A stretch of 64,000 bases of DNA from Octopus vulgaris. Taxonomy: Eukaryota. The translations under genes were made by a program, and so were the position numbers. How positions within the stretch are numbered: position 1 is the first letter of the stretch; each line of letters starts with the position of its first letter. The stretch is from the NCBI GenBank assembly GCA_951406725.2, contig OX597815.1, positions 127,472,001-127,536,000 on the forward strand, written 5' to 3'. The notes beneath the pieces were generated by a model. The model saw nothing but the letters and a program-made list of their open reading frames with translations, had not been told where the DNA came from and did no database searches. This document shows positions 38,271-51,400 of the stretch, piece by piece.

Positions 38271-39462
38271 TTATGGCTGCCCCTTCGTTATCGAGTATGG
38301 CCATTGCACGAAGCTTAACTGTTACTGGTGCTGTGATCGAATGTGACTTTTTAGCCCAGCTAACGATCTACAATGTCTTGTACAAAATTGGCAGCTAAAA
38401 CCTTTATTGGTAATAGCCAGCTGTAGTTGTAACTGGGCTTCATGTACCTTTGCATTTCGTTTAAGTCCTCCTGCCAAATTACACTCTCTTCCACATGCCC
38501 GACAGATATGATTAGTATGGTGTGTTACACCACCATCAGTAGCCAGGTTGTCACTCATCTGTCTCGTTTTATGACTACGAAGATGACTCATGAGTCCAGC
38601 TTTACTGAGGCAGGGTCTTGCACAGACATTGCATGTCAGAATCAAAGGAAGACCCTTCCCTTCTGGAAGTGTAATAGCGATGCCCTTCCTGACATCCCTC
38701 CTTACTTTCTCATGTGCAACTCGAGATTTCTCAAACGTGGCTGTTCCCTCATGCACAATCCTTCTCCACCTGCTACGATGAATAGCTATGCCTTCCCATG
38801 TATCAGGAGAGATGCAAGCATCTCTTAAGGAAGCCTTCAGCACGTCCTTATACCTTTTTTCTGGTTTATGTGGTCGTTCTCCTTTAGCTAACTCACCATA
38901 AAAGAGTTGTTTTGGCATCCTTGAATCCTTCATTCTGACCAGATGACCACTCCATCTGAGTCTTTGCTTTAACACAGGAGCTTCTATACTTTCACACCGA
39001 GAGCCTTTGAGTATTTCAAGATCACTGATGCGGTCCTTCCACTCTAATGCCATAGATCCGTCTGAGGCACATCTGATGGAAACGCTCCAGTTGTTTAAGG
39101 TGGTATCGATATGTGACCCACGTCACGCAGGCCTAGAGAAGAGAAGGGAGCACACATGCCTTGTACACCTTTATCTTTTTATTTCTGCATATGTCTCGCC
39201 GACTTCAGAGGCACTTTTCTAGCCTTCCGAAAGCATCACTTGCTTTCCTAATTCTATATAGAATTTCATCATTCACATTGCCATATCTATTAATTGTGCT
39301 TCCAAGGTAGACAAACTGATCGACTACATCAAGTTGTTTACCATTCACATAGATATTTGGTACACTATACTGCTTACCAGGGGCAGGTTGATGCATGACA
39401 ACAGTTTTCTTGAGATTGACTGTCAATCCTAAGGCAGTGCAAGCATCAGAGAATGCATTCAA
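38270..39462 (-). mobile_element. 5'-truncated RTE (BovB-like) LINE with C-terminal C2H2 zinc fingers
   Basis: GLTVNLKKTVVM..QP, FVYLGSTI, RLRWSGHLVRM...PKQLFYGEL, KRYKD, then three CxxC...H(N)xxxH units; frameshifted. Confidence 0.88.
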
Positions 39463-39464
39463 AA

Positions 39465-39745
39465 TCTCGAATCCCGGACCGGGCTGGGTGTTGTGTTCTT
39501 GAGCAAGGCACTTTATTTCACGTTGCTCCAGTTCACTCAGCTGTAGAAATGAGTTGCGATGTCACAGGTGCCAAGCTGTATCGACCTTTGTCTTTCCCTT
39601 GGATAACACTGGTGGCGTGGAGAGGGGAGGCCGGTATGCATGGGCGACTGCTGGTCTTCCATAAACAACCTTGCCGGACTTGTGTCTAGGAGGGTAACTT
39701 TCTAGGTGCAATCCCATGGTCATTCATGACCGAAGGGGGTCTTTA
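39465..39745 (+). mobile_element. 5'-truncated tRNA-derived SINE with conserved core
   Basis: B-box remnant tcgaatccc, then gttgtgttcttgagcaaggcactttatttcac...; ends at a microsatellite. Confidence 0.6.
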
Positions 39746-39749
39746 CTTT

Positions 39750-40242
<493 letters not shown>

Positions 40243-40244
40243 TG

Positions 40245-41441
40245 ATATTTGAGGACAGGTTTATGTTCATAAAACAACATATATAATAACAGATAATAAC
40301 TTTATATATCAAAAAATGCTATGAGGATAAAAATAAACCTTCTTTTCTATAATGTTATTCAATAAAGCCACCATCAGCTTCAACAACTGCTTCTATATGA
40401 GATCTAAATCCTCCACACGCTCGAATCAAGTGGTCCTGGTTCATTTTGGACATTACCCTAACTATGGCAGCTTTCAAAGAATCTTTGGTGTTATGAGTGT
40501 ATTCATTGACCTCTCTCTCAACAATGCTCCACATGTAATAGTCCAATGGATTGAGATCTGGGGAATTAGGATGCCAAATGTTACGGGTGATGTGATTGTG
40601 AAAATTTTCAACCATCCATTCATGTGTTAGGGCCATGTGTGATAGTGCAGAGTCTTATGGCCTTCCATTGCATTGTCTATCCAGGTCTTAATGATTATTT
40701 CTGGGGACCTCAATGTAGGTGGCAGAGTTAACTCTAAGGCCTTGTGGAAAATAGTAAGGTGGCATCACATGTCCTTCATTGCTGACAACCCCTAAAACCA
40801 TGACATTTGCAAGAAATTTTGTATGCATAACACTTGGAACTTCGGAAGGGTCTGCCCATAACCATCTGTCATTTCTTCAGTTAACTTTTTGATCTTGGTT
40901 GAAGTTTTTTCTCAAATCTGCTGGATTTTTCAGTTTATTTAAGAGCCTTTTAGATCTAATGTAGTGATTTTCTTTTGCTTTTTCTGACATATTGACCTTT
41001 CTTTATCATATAAGACATATATCTGCTGTTTTCGTGGACAACATTTCTGACTGTTCCTTCTGACACAGGGAGATTTTTTGTATTTGAGCTCATGGACTTT
41101 CTGGAATTGTAATCAATGGTCTGTTGAACTTGCTGGATATATTCAGGTGTTCTGATGATTTCAGAATGTTTAGAATACTTTTTATGCTTTAATACTGGTG
41201 ATACGTTTCCATCTTCAGTCTCCAGCTCCTTACAAACTTTGTAGATGAAAGATCTGACAACTTTTAAAAATTGAGATATTTCTAAATCGTTATGCTCAGT
41301 TTTTATAACCACCTCTTCATTTCTTGAGTAAGCTGAGGATCTGCCATTAATATTTTCTGAAACAAAGATTATACAGAGTTAGCAAAAAATGCAGCAATGA
41401 CCCAAAAAATGTATATACTAAAATACCTTATGCACCCTGTA
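40245..41441 (-). mobile_element. Tc1/mariner-superfamily element, maT/DD37D-like, degenerate
   Basis: N-terminal HTH region (ORF 40956-41312); DSALSH...WHPNSPDLNPLDYYMWS with 36 residues between the last two Asp; minus-strand terminus tacagggtgc. Confidence 0.8.
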
Positions 41442-41445
41442 TATA

Positions 41446-41720
41446 TCATCATCATCATCATCATCATTTAACGTCTGCCTTCCATGCTAGCATGGGTGGA
41501 ATGGTTTGACAAGAGCTGGCCAGGCAGAAGCCTGCACCAGACTTCTGTAACTGTTTTGGCAGGATTTTTACAGCTGGATGTCCATCCTAACACCAGTACT
41601 TTTCAAATGGCACAAGCACAGGTGAGGTCAGTTTTGGCAAGGTCGTTTTTAAGCTGGACGCCCTTCCAAACGCCAACCACTTTACAATGTGGACTGGGTG
41701 CTTTTAAGTGGTACCTGCAC
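41446..41720 (-). mobile_element. RTE 3'-tail fragment with partial internal duplication
   Basis: (CAT)n followed by ttaacgtctgccttccatgctagcatggg; ctggatgtccatcctaacacca and ctggacgcccttccaaacgcca are repeated. Confidence 0.7.
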
Positions 41721-41889
41721 TGTCAGCTCACCAAGTACTTGCAAGACAAAAAAAATCTTTTAAGAGGAGAGGGGGCATTGGAGGAAGTAATCAAAGGTTG
41801 TAATGAGACAGAGATAGAAACAAGTGTCTTGCTGTAGTGGAGGTACAAGGTTACCTGGCCCGAGAGAGAGAGAGAGAGAGAGAGAGAGA

Positions 41890-43560
41890 TCATCAGGGTT
41901 AGCATTGCTGGTGATGTGGCCAACCTTTTCATGGTATGGTGGGACAGGAGGTTTAAAGAATGCTTGACACAGAACTCCATACTCATGAACATATACTCTC
42001 ACTATGTCGATGATATCAACATAGTGGTAAAGGCACCCCCACAAGATAGTACTCTTGAAATAGAAATAGAAACTAATACTATAGAAGTATCCAGCAAATA
42101 GCTAACTCCATCCACCAGAGTAATAAGGTCATGATAGATTACACTACAAAACACCCTAACCATAGACTACCAGTTCTAGGTACAGAATTCTGGTTGGAAA
42201 TTGTGAATAATAAAACCCAAATCTTCTATTCACACTATGCCAAACCTATGGCCTCCAAATACCTAGTCCTCTGGAAGTCAGCTATCGTGGACAATGCCAA
42301 ATTCAATATATTGATGGCAGACCTCATCAGAATAATGAGAAATGTGTCCCTCATGTGTGACCCTACAGAGTTAAAGAGACACATACAACACTTCGTTCAC
42401 CGCATACAGTTCTCTGGATACAGCCTTAGAGAAAGGATCAGAGTAAATAAAGGAACCATGAGTAAATTTGAAACTATCATATGTAACAACAGGAATGGGA
42501 TTTGCTATAGGAGCAAGTCATGGAATACCATTGAAAGGACTAAGAAGAAAATAGGAAAGACCAACTCATGGTATGATAGGCACAAATACCAGAGTGTCAT
42601 GTTCGTCAACACCACTCCTAGAGGCAAACCGGCATACCGCTATAGAAAGGCCCTAGACAAGCTTAAGCTAAGAATTAAGGCTGTAAAAAGGCAAGGTAAC
42701 CCTATCAAATCTCTAATCGGTAGAACCTACCCTTTTATTAGAACCCCCTGTACTGATAGGAACTGTATTGTATGTAGATTTAACCCACACACAAACTGTA
42801 AAGCTAGGAATGTAGTCTATAGTATAAGATGTACAGAGGGATGGTGCAGAAACAAGACAACAACGTATGTAGGCAAGACAGCACAGAGCATAGGAGAGTG
42901 GGTAAATGAGCATTGGAGGGAACTTAAGGAAGAGAAGAGGTCATCGGTTCTGTACCAGCATGCCAAGTGGGAACACAGAGGCCCACTCAACTTCATAGAA
43001 GTTAACACTTAGACAAATTACAGAAGCTACACACATAATAAAAGATAAACCTAGCCTAAATAGAAAACTAGAATGGAACACTAGCACACACACACACACC
43101 CCACACCACAACCTATGACAGAATAAGATCCCCATAAACTAATAATAATATGACACTAATGCAATACACAGATAAATAAATGGAATTAAATAATTATATA
43201 CATAAACAAAAAATAGATTAAATTAATAGAAAAGAAAGAAATGAAAAAGTAAGTAGATAAAAATAAATAAAATAAATAAAAACAAATTAAACGAATGTGA
43301 ATATACAGGAGATACTGGTAATGCAGGTACCATACACATTCTAACACACACACTTACTAAACATAGACACACACAGGGATATATGCATGCACAAATAAAG
43401 ACACACACTGGGATATACGCATGTGCAAATAAAGACACATACAACAGGAATACAAAATGGCAGAGCGTTAGTAAGGAGAAAGAAAAATGCAAAGGACCAC
43501 TGATGAGGTCACAGAAGTATGATGAAAGAACTCTGACTGAAATACAATTAATATAAAATA
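41890..43560 (+). mobile_element. Penelope-like retroelement (RT C-terminus + GIY-YIG + 3' region), 5'-truncated
   Basis: YVDDINI, RLPVLG, YAKPMASK and NVVYSIRC...YVGKTAQSIGEWVNEH in ORFs 41916 and 42131-43012; ctgatga...gaaa motif at 43500. Confidence 0.88.
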
Positions 43561-43956
43561 AAGATGAAGCAGGTGAACACCAAATATATAGTGTGTGTAT
43601 TTTCATTGGCTAAACTGGCAACATGACCATCCCCAAATACAGCAATATATATATGTATATTGTTTTCTTCATATAGGGGTTTCAAATGTAATAATTATTT
43701 TAAATACACTCAGCATATTGATTTCGTTCAGCAAATGTGTTGTATATATGTGAATATGTGTATGTGTATGTGCATGTCTGTATGTCTATGTCAATGTGTC
43801 TGAGTGTGCTTGTGTGTGTGAGTATGTTTGAAGGTATATGAGTGTGCATGCACATGTGAACTATGCATGTGTGTGTGAATACCTCAGCATATTTTTATCA
43901 TTGACTGCTTGCTTATATGTGCTTATAAACATATACGTATATGTTTAGACAGATAG

Positions 43957-45440
43957 GTCAACAAGGAAAGCTTTAAGTCCATCAGGAGCCATTGCTGATA
44001 TGCTTAAAATATCTGGTAGAGCAGGATATGGACTAGTCATCAATATAGATAATCAGGTTATTCAGGAGGGTGTAATCTCTAGCAACTGGTGTAGAAGTAG
44101 CTATATAGTCAGCTGCTACAAAGGTAAGGGAGATACCTTAAATAGTAATAATTACTGAGGCATTATATTCCTGGACTAGGATGAAAATTACAGAGAGAGT
44201 TATAACCCAATTAATTAGGAACAAAATTAGATAAAATGCTGTTTGACTTTATGCTGGGGAGAAGCACTACTGATACTATCTTCATAGTCAGGTAACTGCA
44301 AGAGAAGTATTTAGCTAAGAATATACCATTATTCTTGACATTTGTTGGGCTAGAAAAAGCCTTTGACAGGGCCCCTTGCTCTGTAATATGGTGGTCTCTG
44401 TGGCAGCTAAGGGTAGATGAAAGGCTTATGAAAGCATTCCAGACTATATTCAAATAAGTTGTTAGGAAGGTAAAAGTTAGTCGTGAGTAAAGTGATAAGT
44501 TTATTGGTACAGGTAGATGTTCACCAAGGCTCAATCCTCTGCCCTTACCATATTCATCATAGTCCTCCAGGCCATAACAGAGCAATTGAAGACTGAAAAC
44601 CCATGGAAACCACTATATGTTGACTTTGCTCTCATAACAGAATCTTCCAGAAAAGAAATTCCAGGTGAGACAACAAAACCTGGAATCAAAAGATCTTAAA
44701 GTTAACTTAGCAAGGACCAAGGTTCTAGTGAGCAAGAAATCAGACAGAACCCTATCTTCTCCATGTAAATGGCCCTGCTTAATATAGGAAAAGTGTAGGC
44801 AGGAATTTTGTTCAGTATGCCCAATGCAAGATATAAACACACAAGATGCAGAGGAATGGTTGGGAGGTTAGCAGAGAAAGTAGGGTTTATATGTGGAAGA
44901 GATGCAGATACTATAAAATCTACAGATGCATGAGAAACTGATTTCTTTAAATGCCCCAGAGGCTCTTGAGAAATGATAGATAATTTCTGCTACCTAGGTG
45001 ACCTAGATAGCAATAGAGAAGGTGTACCAAAAGTGTAATTGTTAGAATAAGAATTGGATGGAGAAAGTTCAGAGAGCTTTTACCTCTGTTGGCAGTCAAA
45101 GGTCTTTCTCTCTTAGTGAAAGAAAGATTGCATGATGCATGCGTACAAACAGCAATGCTACATGCAGTGAGGCATGGGTCCTAAATGCAAAGGACATGTG
45201 AAGACTAGAGAGGAATGAAGATGATGTACTCTGTCAGATGTGCAATGTCATTGTACATGGGTGACAGATGCTAGTGTATTGAGAGAAAATTTAGGCATAA
45301 GAGGAATTAGATGCAGTGTGCAAGAGTAATGGTTTGGTCATGTGATGCATATGGATGAGGACAGTTGCATAAAGATGTGCCAATCACTTAAAGTGGATGG
45401 AACTTGTGGATGACATGGAATCAAGTATTGAAAGACAATC
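43957..45440 (+). mobile_element. Degenerate RTE LINE, RT region
   Basis: Collinear with 26960-28480 (CYKGKGD, VHQGS, FCYLGD, IRIGWRKFRELLPLL). Confidence 0.8.
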
Positions 45441-45444
45441 TCAA

Positions 45445-46590
45445 AATGCTGCTATTCCTTTTACTATGTAAACTTGTTGCCTGGCTTCCCTTCTGGCTAT
45501 ATGATATAATTCTCTGCTTCCATTGTTTTCCAGTCTCTTTGTTTTTATCATAACTGTCTGCCTTCTTGTTCCATCACCATGTTGCCCTTTGCACCAGCCA
45601 CAGATTTGCTCTGTAGTTCTCAGTAGATTGTTCTGCGGGAACTTCCAGTTGTCCTCTAAACTATGTCCCCAACTCTCGTCAGAAGCTTCCAGTAGAATAT
45701 CTCTGAAATTTGTCGGTTTGCTGAGTCTTTGAGCTTCCATAATCTTCCATTCTAGAATGGTTTATTTCTCTGAGTCCTTCTAGCTCTAATTCTGAAGTCA
45801 CTAATCAGTAACTTGTGTTGGATTGTACATTATTTACTTTGGAATGACTTTGCATTTGTAAGCACCTATCTTGTTAACTGGTTAGGATGTCATCAAGCTG
45901 GCTTCTGTACCCACCAGACTGATAAGCAATCAGGTAGCTGGCTGCTTCTCTGAAGTTAATGTTGCAGATAATGAGATCATCTGCAACACAGAACTCCAGC
46001 AGCTTTGTTCCCTCCTCATTCTTAGGGCTAAAGCCATCACCACTGTGCATATCATAGAATCCATAGGGATGCTACTTAAAATGTCTATTGAAGTCACCAG
46101 CCACAATAAATAAGTCTGTCATTGAGGTAGTCTGCAAAAAGACCTTGTAAAATTGGTCCTTCTGGTCATCAGCCAGCCCAGACTGGGGAGCATAAGCAGA
46201 GATAATCATAAATGTTAACTTACCTACAAGTTTCAGCTTAATCACTCTATCGCATGCTCTACCTTAGTTACCATATCTACCCACTTTTCTGCAAAAAATG
46301 TGCCTACATTACCCATGCTATCACTCCATCCTACCCAGAATTTGAACCTCTGTTTCTTACCTGTGAGAAATTTAGAACAGCCCCCACTCCATTTTACCTC
46401 TTGCACACCACACATGTCTGCATGATGTCATTCCAGCATTTCAATAATCTCACCAGTCTTCATTTCATTGTGCCAACATTGATGGTAGCAGCCCTGAAAA
46501 TGTGTACTTGGGTGTGACAGAGGGAAGGTAGTGTCCAAATGGAAAAGAGAAAAAAGGGCTGCCAGAAAGTACAAAGTGAACTCACCCTTG
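45445..46590 (-). mobile_element. Degenerate RTE LINE, endonuclease and linker region
   Basis: Minus-strand AYAPQSG and VAGDFN APE motifs; ORF 45441-45740 resembles 26340-26700. Confidence 0.75.
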
Positions 46591-46603
46591 CAGCCTTTGT
46601 AAT

Positions 46604-46649
<46 letters not shown>

Positions 46650-46651
<2 letters not shown>

Positions 46652-47830
46652 TGTGTATGTTCCTTATGGATTCAAAAACTGAGTTGCTGATTTTGACATG
46701 TAAGGTATCAAAAGATTCAGTAATCTTTCAGCTACCAAGTGCAGTATATTTTTTTGCACAACCTCAAAACAAGGTTGGATTGCACAATTTTGAGGTCATT
46801 TTGGGGCAATATTGCTTCCGATGTACACTACCAATTTTAATGTTTACTGTGTCAAAATGCAGCAACGTACAAGGAGTACTATGAATGCATTTGTGATGCA
46901 CAAATGGAAAATGACCAAAAAATATGATTTTTTGGAACAATTATTGGCACATTTTCTGTCAATAATGGCCTTTGCACCACAACTAAACTGTCAATGTGAA
47001 TGTCTTCAGTATTCCATGATTAAACAATGTCTTTGAAGTATTGTGATACCATTTCTTTGCACAAAGCCCTATTTTTCAACAGAAAATTGACTAATGAACC
47101 ATGCTTCTGGCATAATTGTGATCGTTTTTGGCATTACTACTGAAAACAATTTGTCCATATAGATTTTCCTGGTAGCAAATAACTCAGGAATGTCAAAGGA
47201 GAATTCTTAGGTTTAAATTCAATAAAATTTCCCTAAGGTTTAAGCACAATAAAAGCCTATACTCATTCAAGTGTGGTAAAAATGTGAAGCAATGACTAAA
47301 ACCTTTTGAGCTCTTTTGCCTTTAACATTTTTCTCTTTATTCAACCCAATTTATGCAAAGTTGCTTATTGTTATTAGTATATATTCATGCCTATTATTCA
47401 ATCCATAAGCTACAATGTTCATAAGTAGTTTACTACACTCTCCCTATTTTTCACAGTGGTTGAGTGTGTACTATAACGCAGGTGGTGGAATGGAAAACAA
47501 ATGTCTGACCTGATAACCCCAGTGAAGACAACAGCAACACTGTACATCTATACGAGGGAAAATTAAGGTCACAAACATGAGTCCATCCATGGTGCATGTC
47601 TCTTCAATGGTCAGGATGCACACCATGTTCAGTGACTTGTTCAATTTCAAATCAACTTTTCCTTATCAGTTGGTTGTGGTATTATTGTTATCAATGACCC
47701 GGGCAATGCTGGAATGTATTGTGTGTGGTGCATAAGTTCCACTTGAATTTTAAAATTGTGTATATATATAACACAATGTGGCTGTAGGTCATAACACCTG
47801 GGAAATGCCAGGTTTGCATAGCTGGTATCA
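46650..47830 (+). mobile_element. Possible Helitron remnant
   Basis: Hairpin-like 3' ends cccgggcaatgctgg (~47698) and cctgggaaatgccaggt...agctggt (~47798-47826); starts after (TA)(TG)n. Confidence 0.3.
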
Positions 47831-48427
47831 AAATAAAATTCCTTACAAATTATTGGTGTCTAATGTAACAATCATAAAATATCTGCTTCATGATTTGTAC
47901 TCAATTCTGCAATCCTTTATTGTATATGACAATGAAAATGTTTAGTAATTGGATTTTGATATTTTTATTCCCTACTTCAATCCCTATATAATGGATTTAT
48001 TTAGTTATTTTTGTAAGATCTTAAAAAATTAGTTAAATGATGACATCAAACAATTCATAAGGTAAAAGTAAAACAACTTTTAACTCTTTATATGACAATT
48101 GCCTTGTAAAATGCTTTGATAGTTTTTTTTTTTTTTACCTTCATTGCAATAAATAATGTATTTTACAAACATATTTCACAAAAATAGATTTGCATTGTAA
48201 AAGGATTTCAGTAACATAAAGTGTAAGTTAGTAGCCAGCAAAATGTATACAGATAAAAGTTCATACACGCACAGATATTTTATTTGTTATTATTTCTTTT
48301 TCCTTTAGGTACCAATGGAATTATTGAGTCAGCAAATTAGTGGTGTCTTCTTGTGAAATCTGCTATCCATAGATATGTCTTTTATTCTGAGTATTTTTTT
48401 CAAGTCAACAGCAACAAAAACACATAG

Positions 48428-48489
48428 CTAATCATCCAGTACACTGTCGAGCCAATCTTCCAATGAAGATGTTGCAGTACTAACATATT
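48428..48489 (-). CDS. AVEN: AVEN last coding exon (YVSTATSSLEDWLDSVLDD*)
   Basis: ttttcag| acceptor, conserved LEDWLDS motif and TAG stop. Confidence 0.9.
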
Positions 48490-51400
48490 CTGAAAAGACA
48501 TAATATTTAAAATATGATGGTATTTTTTGATTTTGGAGGCAAATATTTACAAACATACAAAACACAAATGTCTAGAGAGTAAGTGGTAAAAATTAGTAAG
48601 TAAATGTGCGAAGGTGTACTTGTGAGCATGTATATTAAAAGTAAAAGGTGAAAATGCTTTGAGAATGTTATCATAAATAAAAGGAGGAGAATACTTACAT
48701 TTTTATCAAAATATGCTACCAGTTTCAATTGCTTAAGATAATTTAGTCATGCCTTAAGAAAAGGGAAAATAAGCTGAACTAAATTAATCTTTCCTGAGCA
48801 CAGTTTTGAAAGTTTTCATGTTTTCCTGACAAACTTCACATGGTAGTGGCTATTAGTCTTCTTCTGATGGCTGCTGGGTCATAATAGTAACAATAACAGT
48901 TTTAGCAGTGGTAGTTGTCTATTGAATTTTTTTGTACTTTATTCATCCACTTATTAAGACAGCAGGTTATTAAATTTGATGAGAATTGGTTGCTATTTCT
49001 AACAAGCCACACAACAATATACAGGTTTCTTTGTTGGTTCATAATTTTATTTTAATTTAATACCTCAAAACATAACAAAGCAACAAATGCTAAAGACTCG
49101 GGAAATAAATATGACTAAAACCTTCAGTTAAACCTTAATTTTTTAAACCTCTGCGCTTATTTTTACTGCAACGACAAAGCAATATTGTTACTGTTGACTC
49201 TTTGGTTTATTTTATTCTAATTAATCCCAAAACAGCAAGTAATTTGATTTTCTTAATATCTTTTAGTCACAAGAGAAGGTTAGTGCCTATGATGTTTCAC
49301 AGGGCCTCTGAAATTTGTAGAAGTAAAAGAGGAATGTATTCTCAAACCAGATGCCTGGTCTGAATGGCAATTTCTTTATTGTCAATGGAAATTAACTAAA
49401 AACACTCAAGATGCCAGAGGGGGATATTGGAAGGTTTCATATAAAAATCATTAAACAAATGCAAGTGAATTGTTTTGAAGGTCAATACAAAATTACATAC
49501 GCTTTTCCGTTTTCTTAGGTAAAGTTTCTGGGCCGTTAATCTGTGCTAATTCTTCATCCTTGGATTGTTTACAGGATGTATCATTCTGCATTAATTGCTG
49601 ATTGCCCATATTTACATCTATATTGGTAGAAATAAATAGCAATATAAAAAATGAACATTACAAAAAGAGAAAGCAAAATAAACAAACCAACAGCTTTAAA
49701 AGAAATCAATAAGCAGTAAGGTAACAGTATATTTAATGTAAACTTTTATAGTTTTGGGTAATTCCTGTTGAATTTTAAAATATAAAAGACGTTTAGAAGT
49801 TAAACAACAAAACTAAAATCATTGTCATTGATTTACATTCACTTTCCATGCTGGTATGGGTTAGTTCAGTCACTTTTATTCTTCTAGATGGGTCATGTAA
49901 CCTCATCTCACTTCTAAGTTTCCTTTCGGGATTCATTTCTGTGGTTGGCTGCCCTTCCTAATACCAACCATTTAATAGAGGGTACTGGGTGCACTATTTT
50001 GTAGCACAAGTAATATAGAAGTTGGTATATCCCCGAAATGACCAAAGGGACTTCATAACTGTATACTTAACAGAGTGTACTGCGTTCATTTTATTATGAC
50101 ACCAGTGATAGAAGTGAGAGAGCAATGGCTAACAAGAGGTGGATAAATGAGAAAAGTGAATGACAGGTACTGGTACCAAATAGCCAGTGGGGAGTATAGG
50201 TAAGGTATATGAGGTACATACATTTCTCCCTTTCTCCAGTCTGTAGAATGTACTCACTGCCACCACATACTAAGATAAAATTCATCACTACTGATAAAGG
50301 AAAATAGTGACTGAACAATCATTAGAAACAGATCTGGTCTGAGCTTGTGGTTGCTAGGGAGTACATGCTGGCAACAGAGGCCTGAGGCAGAAATGTGCAT
50401 CTAGCATTCTTAAAAATGCTGCTGGCTGATTTTCATTTGCTACTGGTATCATCCTCCACTTCATCATCATCATTTAACGTCTGTTTTTCCATGCGGGCAT
50501 GAGTTGGATGGTTTGACAAGAGTTGGCCAACTGGAGAGCTGTCCATGCTCCAATTGTCTATTTTGGCATGGTTTCTATGGCTAGATGCCCTTACTAACAC
50601 CAACCACTTTACAGAGTGTACTGGCTGCTTGTTATGTGATACCAGCATGGGTGCTTTGTAGTGGCACTGACATGGGTCCATTTTATGTGACGCTGATACA
50701 TGTGCTTTATATATGACACTGGCACGAGTGCTTTTTACACGTTTTAAACAGTATGGTCATAGGAGCAAATGTCTTCTATTATAACTTTGGCTGACCAAAT
50801 AGGAGATACTGTTTGCAGGTGAATACTGCAGCTAATTTGCTTTTTTGCCAATGCATATGCATTAAGTATGATACACAGATGGCTATTTTAAACTAATATG
50901 GCATCTGTTGCAAATAACATATTTATATCTTTTATTTTTACTAGTTTCAGTCATTAGACTACAGCCATGCAGAAGCACTGCCCTGAGGAATTTCAGTTGA
51001 CTGAATTAAACCCAGTACTTTTTTTTTTAAACCTAGTTCCTATTCCATCAGTTAATCAACCTGATTAACTATATGGGTGACTAGGCTATATACTATTCCA
51101 CCAGATATTATAAGCATCTCAGCAGTGAATTCTGATGGGCCAGGGGCTTCCCTGTTTTCCCTTAGTTGCTTTATCTACCAAGCTACTAATGATTTGGCTA
51201 AGCTGGTCCCTCACTTAGGTCAACATTTGGCAGAGTCTCCTTCTCCCATCCATCCTCCACATTTAGCAGCCTTTTATGTTGGCATTTCCAAGCCTGTTTC
51301 TTTGCAGAATCATTAAACACATGTTCATGTATGTGTGTGGGTGAAGCTGCATACCACTACTCAATAACCTGTGTTGGCTTGTTTATATCTTTGTAACTTA

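Noticed and set aside
38322-39053. Host C2H2 zinc-finger gene
   Set aside because: The fingers are fused to RTE C-terminal motifs, lack TGEKP linkers and are preceded by frameshifted RT sequence.
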